Positions 50,577 through 60,000 of a stretch of DNA of 60,000 nt are shown one piece after another. The DNA is from Felis catus (Eukaryota): the NCBI RefSeq assembly GCF_018350175.1, contig NC_058383.1, forward strand, positions 7,318,001 to 7,378,000, given 5' to 3'. The first letter of the stretch is position 1. Each line of letters opens with the position of its first letter. Position numbers and translations under genes: made by a program. The notes beneath the pieces are model-generated. The model was not told where the DNA came from. It did not search any database and saw only the letters and a list, made by a program, of their open reading frames with translations.

Positions 50577-50810
50577 GGGGCGCCTGGGTGGCGCAGTCGG
50601 TTAAGCGTCCGACTTCAACCAGGTCACGATCTCGCGGTCCGTGAGTTCGAGCCCCACGTCAGGCTCTGGGCTGATGGCTCAGAGCCTGGAGCCTGTTTCC
50701 GATTCTGTGTCTCCCTCTCTCTCTGCCCCTCCCCCATTCATGCTCTGTCTCTCTCTGTCCCAAAAATAAATAAACGTTGAAAAAAAAAATTAAAAAAAAT
50801 AAAAAAATAA
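50577..50810 (+). mobile_element. Young feline-type CanSINE inserted at the tail of an older SINE
   Basis: Target-site duplication aaaaggctatttctt. Confidence 0.92.
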
Positions 50811-53800
50811 AAGGCTATTTCTTTAAAAAAAAAAAGGAAAGTAGGGAAAGAGAAAAAAAGAAAGTACAATAAATGGTAAATTTGAAATACATTAGAAGAA
50901 ACAAGTCATAATTTATACAGTCATTGAAATAAATGTAAATAGGTTAAACTCACCAATTAAAAGACAGTGGAGTGCAATCAAGAACATATGCTCTTAGTAG
51001 ACCTCTCACCACAAGAAAACACAAAAAAAGGATATAGGCTTAACTACATTCCAACCTCTCCTCCCAAACTCACCAGATTCAATCTCTCTACCACAGAAAG
51101 GAAGTGAATGAAGAGTTCAAGAGCTGACAGAACATTAATGGCTGCCCCTGCTAGATGGAAACATCAGAAGTGAGGGATAAGTGTTTTCTCTACCACGACC
51201 TCTGTAATATACAAAGAACTCTTACCAATTGATTAGAAAAAGATAATATCATGGACAAATGGGCAAATGTCACAAATAGTTAGGTTTGTCAAATAGCCAG
51301 CCTTAGGAATAGGTGCTCAAATTCACTAAAAGCCAGAAAACTATAAATGAAAACAACAATGAGATATAATTCCCTATTTCTGCCTAAAACGTGGAAGAAA
51401 AGAAAGGAGGAAAATAAATTATGCTCGTGAAACTTTGAAGCGTTTAAAGCTTTTTGTTGTTGTTGTTTTAAGTTTATTTATTTACTATGAGAGAGAAAGA
51501 GAGCTGGGGAGGGGCAGAGAGAGGGAGACAGAGAATCTCAAACAGGCTCTACATTCACAGCGTGGAACCCACTGCAGGGCTTGAACTCACGAACTGTGAG
51601 ATTATGACCTGAGCCAAAATTCAGAGTCAATGCTTAACTGACTGAGTCGCCCAGGCATCCCTGTTCAAGCCTTTTTGGAAGGCAATCTGGCTACATATAT
51701 GAATATTTAAAATGCAAATACTCTTTAAACCAGCAATTCTGGCTCTTAGATAGCAATCCTAGAGAAATAAAAGAACCTATTTGAAAGGAATGGGATATTT
51801 ATTGCAGCACTGCTCACAGTGGTCCAGACTGGAAACCAAGCATATGTATATTAATAGGGGAATTCTACCATGTTATGCAATGAAATGTTGATATGGGATA
51901 GAGTTATACTAGGTAACTTGGAAGTGTGAACATAAGGTATTACTAAATAAGAAAAGCAAGGTGATAAAAGTATGGATTGAAGTATATCCCATTTCAAAAC
52001 CAAGAAAAAATCTATTTGCTTATAAAGTATATGTATATTATATAAGCATAGATACACAGACATACACATATCTCTGTATGACAGTAATTGAGTATGGAGA
52101 AAAATATAGAAGGGTACACAGCAGATAGTAACATATGTAGGACAGAAATAGGGAGATAAGTGTTCATTTAGGAAGAAGAGATAGGAAGAAAGAAAAAATT
52201 CATGATTTTAAAATACACACACACACACACAGACACACACACAGTATGTGTAATATCATCCCATTCATGTAAAACTATACACATGTGTGTCTGAATGCAT
52301 AAAGGGGTTCTTGAAAGGATGGTCACCAAACTGTTATCTCAAGGTAATGAGATTTCAGGTGTCTTCTATTTTTCTCTTTATATTTCCATGTGTTATTCAA
52401 ATTCAAATAAAAAGCATGTGTTATTTATATGATCACACTTTAATTACGGAAATAAAAAGTGTACTTTTATGGAGGAATTCTCTTCCTCCTCCACTGAGGC
52501 TGGATTCCAATAAAGGACAGGATTAGGTGGGGCAAAGACGGGCATATCCCTAAGTACTACTGCCTTGGTGGCTGATGACATATTTAAGTAGGAGAGGACC
52601 ATGTTTAAGTAGGAGTCCAAAGGACTACTTATAAAGGGCACATGGGCATGGGGCCTCTTTCCAGTTGTCTAGAGCCAGAGAGAGAGATGCATCCACTGGA
52701 AACCTGGCCTGGAGCTTGAAAACCAGGCCTTCCACTATCCAGCGTGAATCCTGGGACTGGCAAAGAGCTAATGCTGCCAGACTCAGTGGCAACCTGGTTC
52801 TTGGGTAGGATGGGAGACCATCAAGCTGAGGATAAACTGAGACTCCTCTTGACCTTCTGCATTACTTTCTGCCTGTTCTCTAACCCAGAGCAGCAAAGAG
52901 CCCTGGGCCAAGTGAGTGGTATCACCAATGTCATTATAATTTTCTGTATTATTGTCTCCAACAGTGCCCATGTGGAGACCGAGTGAATATAAAATATCCA
53001 AATGCAATTAAAATTATGAGGCCCCATTAAAAATATGAAGCAATTAGCAGTAACACAGCCACCTGGGCAGATTTTTAGCTTCTGCCCAAATGAAGATGGA
53101 AGGCAGGAGAAGTGTATGAAAGAGATTCAGTCCTCCAGTAGCTATTAGCAAACTCCAGAAACATTCCCCTTCCATCTCTTTCCTTGAAATGTGAGGACTT
53201 GGCCCCCAATTCCACTCACCTAGTCACTTTTTCACTCTATCAAGCACCTAGAAACTCCACCCCTGCTTCTTTGTACTTGTAATATTGGACAGACTTCCTT
53301 AAAATCTAAAAGCTACTGGCACTGCTCTAATAAATCCAGTCATCCTACACTGTCAGGCATCTGCTTCCAGATTATTACCACATCAGGTTTATTCAACATC
53401 TTATCAAATCTACGGCAAATACTAATAAGAGAATTTCACTTGGGATAGAGCCAGGGATCTCTTCCCTGACTTCATAAAGCAGCTGCAACCTATTCTTTAA
53501 TTCCTCTCCCTCCAGCTCCTCCTTTAAGAGGGAGGGCTTATGTCTTCCTCTGCACTTCTTGTGGCTGTTGGAAGACCTGGGAATCCAGACCATCCTTCTT
53601 TAGAAATTCCAGACATCCTACCACTCAATTGCTCCTTTTCACTCCTGAGACAAGGTTGCAGGCTCCATATTCTCCCCAACACAGCTCTGAGACCTAGGCA
53701 GACACATTCAGCTAGGGCAGACCAAGAAGAGGAACCAATCTACCTAATTAGAAGTGCCACCCAGGGCAGAGTCAAGTTGACATCATAACTCAAACACTAG

Positions 53801-56800
53801 AGGGACGACAGCAAAACCATGTCAGAGAGGCTTATTCAGCTAATGAATAAGTCACTACTGTAATATACACTTGAACATACTGTTGCAATTTGGGTGGCAA
53901 TCAGCAGGTTCCCCAGCCAGCACTGTATTCAGGATCACCTAGACGACTGCTATGCACCAGGCAATGGTCAATAGGAGCAAAAAGGGAAGTAGGAACGAAG
54001 GAGACCCCTTTGCCACCACCCAATGCCACCTCCCTTTTCCGTTTCCTCCAGTTCTTGAGTGAGAATGAGCATGCAGGGGAACCATGAGGTAGGCTACAGA
54101 ACCACAGGGTCAGCTATGGGCTTACTTGTGTAGCACCACACTCTAAAATACCTTGGTCATCATCCTTGGCTCTGCACAGTTGGATGCTGGCTACTGCCTA
54201 GCAGGGGTGGACACCTAATATTCTAACCTAGAGATACTCCACATCTCACCCTCCTCCCAACCACGAACCTGCTCCCAGTTCTGCACAAGGTTGCCAGTGC
54301 TAACAAGGTTGCCATCTCTGAGGTCTTTTTCTCCATTAGCTTTCTCAAGTTCCCAGCAATATTTGACACTGTTGACCACTTTCTCCACCCTGAAGCTTTA
54401 CCCAAGTCTCCTGTTTTCTTAATCACTTGGGCACTGCCTCATACCCCCTTCTGTGGACATTACCCAATGTTCTGTTTGTACATACCACTTTCCGAAAACC
54501 AGGTGCCATATCCTGTGCCCTTTTTGTATTCCACACAACAATAAGGACAGTAATTTGCCCAGATGATGATTTTAATTTATGCTGGTTGCTTGACAAGTAG
54601 ACCAAATACCCTGTTCCCCAACTTGAGTCTGCCCATGTGTCTACTTTCTCTGCTCACATTTCCTTTCTGAAGCCTCAGCCTGCTTACCTCATCTCAGGAT
54701 ACCTCTCAGCTCTTCTTGTTCTTTCTATCTTTCCTCTGTAAAGTCCTCAAAGTCTTGTTTCCTCTTTTCATAGCAACTCACAGGGTAACATCCTGCCAAT
54801 GGCTCAAATATTGCCCAAGTATGGCATCTCCAAACGTGAGGATGACATGGCCAGTCACCACCCAAAATGAAGTCAAATGTGGAGAGAAGGCTCCTGTAGT
54901 AGGAAAGAGAGCCACGCTTCTTAGCAGAATAAAGTTAGAGGCTGAAAACACAACAGCAAAGAAGAAATGTTTTCTTATTCCTTATTCCTTCTTATTCCCT
55001 GCAGGGGAATAAGTCTGCAGGCAAGAGGAGCTTAATCACTGTAAAACACTATGGTCCAAACCCCCAAAGAATAACAACTTCCTCTTCCCACTCACCAGAA
55101 AGCCTTTTCTACTGATTGTTGAACAAAGCAAATACTGGCGAGAGGGCCATGTACATCTCCTTTCTAAAAAGAAACTAGACTTGAAGCTAATACCTAGGAA
55201 GATGCAGGGAATGTGCAGGATGATGTCCTTGCTTGAAGATTGAGTGCTTTTTTCCTGAGTCAGAATTTTCATTGTCTTCTGTGTAGCATTCAAGCACTAA
55301 GAAGTGAAAAGGGACCCAAGTTGGGGGCCAGGAGGATTCCCAGTGTCATGGCTGTAGGAAATGCATGAGAGGTTAGGGGAAAAAGACAAACTTTGAAATC
55401 CGAGTTTACACAGGAAAACATTATTTTGATTCTATTTCCAAAATAGATAATGCAAATTATTTGATCAGACAAAATAAGAAAGACTGATTTACAAAAAGGA
55501 AAACTCAGAAAGCAGAGAGGGAAGTATTCTGGCCAGAGTCTGGTAAGGAGACAGAAATCCCACTAGATTGAGCAGAGAGAATTTAATATCAAGAATCGTT
55601 AACCAGGTATAAACAGCTGTACATAGGTAACTGGAAAAGCAGGAGAACACTATGTTGTTGGGTAGGTTCCAACTGCCGGAAGCAGCCACTACCCTTGGGA
55701 CTGAGGGAGTCTAGCCAAGTTGTTAGAACGGTAAACACTTAGAAACGTAGGAGTCCATGGAGATAGTACTCAGACCTCTGCGGAGTGGCGCTGCCCAATT
55801 GGTTCTGAAAGTGTTGAAAAAACCACAAACTTGATCAGCTTCTGCTCCTGGAAGCAATAGGTGCCACCAGTGTGAGGAGGGTATCTGACTCTCTGGAAGG
55901 ACACAAGCAGCAATCCCCTAAGAAGCAGACAGGAATAGCAAATCCTGTCTCTTTGCAAGTCCTCTCTTTCCTGCAGCCTTGCCCTCTACTTTTGGCATCC
56001 TCTATTGGAAGAGCCTAACAGGCAACCAGCAGGTAGAGCAGCAATGTTTGCGGAGTCCCAGCCCCAGACTCACAAAGTAGAGCATAGAAGGGTAAGTTTG
56101 GAACTGAGAGACAATAGCATATCTAACAGCAGAGGCAGACAAAACAGTAATTAAACTTGTTGCCTAGAAGTTGTTCCATGTGAGAGGTGCCTGGGTGGCT
56201 CAGTCAGTTGAGCCTCTGACTTGATTTTGGCTCAGGTCATGAGCCCAGGGTCATGGGATAGAGCCCCCCATCAGGGTCCGGGCTGACTGTGGAGCCTGCT
56301 TAACATTCCCCCTCTCTCCCTCTGCCCCTCTCCCCTGCTCATGCACGCTCTCTCTAAAACAGAGGTAGTAATAATTAAAAAAAAATAAGTTGCTCCACGT
56401 AAGCAATCAGCTTAGCTATAGGTTTTCTAGCAATAAGGCCAACACTAAGGTTTATAAAATTTTTTCTTTCCTAGTAAAGCAAGATACAGCTTTGGAGAAA
56501 AGCACTCTGTTAACTAAATTGTAGAAGACACAGTGGAGGGAGGAGGGTTGTCTGGGGGAGAACTTGAGATAACAAGGTCTCTAAGGGAATGGAGTTTGGC
56601 TGAGTTGGATCATAGTTACAAGGACTAAGGGAGAGAGGTCGTGCTCAGGGGTTTGCAATGTGAGGGTCCAGCATGCTGGTTTCTTTCTGGGTCAGAATTT
56701 CCATCATGGGCTACTGTCACTTTCAACTAGCTGTTTCCTGAGTTTTCAGGCAAGGCTGAGAGCTGAATACAAAATAAGTAATCACCTAAAACCATATCCA

Positions 56801-58560
56801 GGAAGTGTCAAGCATTTACCTTTTCCCTGGGATATACATTGCAAGGCAAGGGCTCAAGCCCTGCTACTAGTCCAGGAAACCACTTTGGGTATGATATACA
56901 AATCCTCAGAGATCTTCTCGCTTAATTCTGCTACCTCACCTCTTCCCTCACCCTGTTCCCATCTCAAAAAATGTTGCCATGTGATTTATATCATTCCTGG
57001 GCATCTCTGTTTCCCAGCCTGGAATGTCCTTCTATCTACAATGTCCTAGAATGCTCTGTGTCTGGCTAATTCACAATCCTCTTTCAGAACTCAGCTCAGG
57101 TATCTCCCCTTTGTGAAATTCTTCCCTAGGCCCCAGAGGCTCCTGTTACTCTCCATAGCTCACCTCTGTTATAACACTTACTGTATGAAATTGCAACTGC
57201 CAGTTACCAGGGGCAGCATAATAACTGACTCTGATTAATCAGAATTCTTGCTTTCCAGAGATGGAAGCTAATTCTGGCTGATTAAAGAATAAGGGGTATT
57301 AATAAGAGGATTCCGTGTACTCCCCGTACTGCTGGGAGACTGGAAAAGCAAGCTTGAATGCTAAGTAAGCTTGTAGGAACTAGAAGGTCTAAGAAACACT
57401 CAGCCCTTAATTAAGGGCCTAAGGAACCCTTACACCATGCTCTGAACATGCCTGCTGAGGTGCCCACCACCAGTGCTGCTGCCTGACAATCACTGGGAGA
57501 AATATCTGCTGTTGTTTACACCAAGGATGCCATTTTTTGTGCCAGGAGCCTGACCTTGAAACTACCACCACTGATACCACCCTTACCAGCAAAATGGATT
57601 CTGTGTGGACCTCATTTTTCAGGTCACTCATGTCTGAATTGAAGGATGTGATATTATGGAAGCCAAGAATAGGAGAGTTCCATAAAGGAAGGCGTGGTCC
57701 ACGATGTAGAAAAAAATCAAAAGGTAAGGACTGGATAGTGTTCATTAGATATACCCTAAAAGGGGTTTACCTTAATAAGAGCAGTTTTGGTTGACTGGAA
57801 GGGAAAGCAGGGTGAGATGTGAAAGGGAGGAAATGAAGTGGGGGAGACCCCTCTTTCAATAACAATAGCACTGCAGCTTGAAGGCGTTCTCACTGGCCAA
57901 ATCTGGAGTAATTTAAGAATCAATTCAAAGGAAGTATGTCCTTGGTAGTATTATCTGTGGAAAATTCTGTGAGATCTGAAATAAATGTAGGTTTCTCCAG
58001 AAACCATATGTATTTTCTTCTGTAAGATGCCCGGAGGCAACATGAATCTAGAAGCACTTAAATTAATGTTGATCTAGAGATTTTTGAAGCCACCCAAGTG
58101 ATGCCAATTTTGGTTGAAAATCAGCATGAGGACTGGCTTATGGCTATAAAGTATTAGTGGACACTTTCCCCTGCAGTTCTACTCATCAGATGTGCCCAAA
58201 GTAGTTTTCCTTGTGCTCCTTGGGTCTGGAGTTATATCTCTATACTACCCTTAGCCTAAGGGTAGAGTCCTTTGAGATCACAGTTTGTCTAGGGCTCTTC
58301 TATTAGACTGGGCACTTAGACATTGTCTTTCCTTTCCAAGGCTACAAAACAGATGCTAAAGAATTAAAATTATCACCAATATTAGACATATCACCAATAC
58401 ACATGATGAAGTTGTGTAAAACTAAATACATATGTGTGCAAATGAGTATAATAAAAATAGGGAGATCTGAATAAGACTGGTAGATTGTATCAATGTTAAT
58501 ATCCCAGTTGTGATATTGTACTATCTATCCCAAATATATTAAGTAAGAAAAAAAGGTACA

Positions 58561-58795
58561 GGGGGCGCCTGGGTGGCGCAGTCGGTTAAGCATCCGACTT
58601 CAGCCAGATCACGATCTTGCGGTCTGGGAGTTCGAGCCCCGCGTCGGGCTCTGGGCTGATGGCTCAGAGCCTGGAGCCTGTTTCCGATTCTGTGTCTCCC
58701 TCTCTCTCTGCCCATCCCCCGTTCATGCTCTGTCTCTCTCTGTCCCAAAAATAAATAAACGTTGAAAAAAAAAAATTAAAAAAAAAAAAAAAAAG
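58561..58795 (+). mobile_element. Young feline-type CanSINE
   Basis: Target-site duplication aaaaaaaggtaca; long A-tail. Confidence 0.92.
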
Positions 58796-60000
58796 GTACA
58801 GAATAGTCTATGCTATATGTTACCTTTTGCTAATGATGTGCTGTGGGATTTGGTCCAACTACCCTGATGAAGACAACTGAAAAAAAGTAATTAAAAGGAA
58901 GTTTTAAAAAATTATCAGGAGAGAAAAGGGAAAGGATTAGAGCTCAGAGATAAAATAAAGCTGGTTCTAAACGAGGGGTATTTGTGAATAGAGAAAGCAG
59001 ATATACAAAGCTCTGCTTCTGCCATTCTTAAGAGGTCAAGTGAACATAGGTCAAGTCCTTTGGCAATCAAGGAGGAAGACTTTAGTGAAATACATTTTGC
59101 TTTTGGCTGAGACCCCCAAAACACCTGGGATTATTTACCAATCCACGAAAGTTCCCTGAAAGGTGGAGATGTATTTTTGGTGGAGCAATGGGGGTTGGAA
59201 TTTAGCACCTACCAAGGGAGAGCCCTAGTGTTATGTTCCCTGTACTGGGCTAGAAACTGAACTTTACTCTGGATGTTGGTGTGTACTATATTCTCAGAAA
59301 CTATAAAGATGGCTCACAAAACTTCAAACTTTGTTCCTGAACTATAAACACTCTCAGATGTCTGCTGGAATGAAAAGTCTTCTTCAGAATATGATAACAT
59401 TGCCTAAGGTCTTACATTATACATAAAAGTATCTTTTCAAATAAAATGTCCAGGAAACAATCAAGTATCACAAGACATATGGTGAAGCAAGACAAAACAA
59501 GCCAGAAGAATACAGTGAGAAAAATAGAACATAATTAATTTGCAGTCCTGGAGGAAAGAAGAAAAGAATGGAAAAAGTTAATATTTGAAGAGATAATGGC
59601 TGATTCCTATTAGTCAATAATTTAAATTAGTCCTATTTAGTCAATAAATTAAGTATCAACTGTAGAATATGCACGCGAATATTTACAAAATTGATTGTAT
59701 CCTGGACTAAAAAGCAAGGCTTATCAAATCTAAAAATATTTAAATCATATGAAATATGTTTTCTGGTCACAATGCAATTATATTAGAAATCAATGACAAA
59801 GGGGCACCTAAGTGGCTCAGTCGGTTAAGCATCTGACTTCAGCCCAGGTCATGATCTTGCGTTTTGTGAGTTTGAGCTCCGCATCGGGCTCTGCGCTGAC
59901 AGCTTGGAGTTTGGAGCCTGTTTCTGATTCTGTGCTCCCTCTCTCTCTGCTCCTCTCCCGCTCACGCTCTGTCTCTCGTTCTCAAAAAAATAAACATTAA

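Larger units (their letters stand above)
1..60000. mobile_element. Dozens of further dispersed CanSINE copies on both strands (e.g. near 1367, 3165, 3610, 4326, 12170, 14620, 16480, 18420, 28153, 35950, 49690, 59801)
   Basis: Repeated gggtggctcagt(c/t)ggttaag..tcaggtcatgatctc..(CT)n..aataaa units; source of the recurrent MAQ.VK.PTSAQVMIS ORFs. Confidence 0.9.

Noticed and set aside
123..60000. Many similar 60-130 aa ORFs (MAQ.VK..TSAQVMIS...) resembling a gene family or repeat array
   Set aside because: They are translations of dispersed CanSINEs; no regular spacing, not CRISPR and not genes.

Overview
Eukaryotic (mammalian) genomic DNA, most likely from a cat-family animal given dozens of feline-type tRNA-derived CanSINEs and carnivore L1 elements. 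Two spliced minus-strand protein-coding genes can be rebuilt from the sequence. (1) A paired immunoglobulin-like type 2 receptor of the activating PILRB type: signal-peptide exon 8875-8929, Ig V exon 8163-8552, and stalk plus Lys-containing transmembrane exon 1978-2142; its terminal exon is not identified in the window. (2) A complete 546-aa NXPE-family (neurexophilin/PC-esterase, SGNH) type II membrane protein, join(48305-48400, 33228-33952, 27813-27886, 27495-27707, 24993-25525), with intact GDS and DxxH catalytic motifs. The rest is largely SINE, L1, LTR and DNA-transposon debris; almost all other ORFs in the track are spurious. Most notable: a sialic-acid-reading receptor next to a candidate sialic-acid O-acetyltransferase; an unusually Cys-rich PILR Ig domain lacking the core Trp; an L1 with an apparent 3' transduction inserted between the NXPE stop codon and its polyA signal; and a duplication with a templated AT-rich minisatellite at 13.8-14.2 kb.
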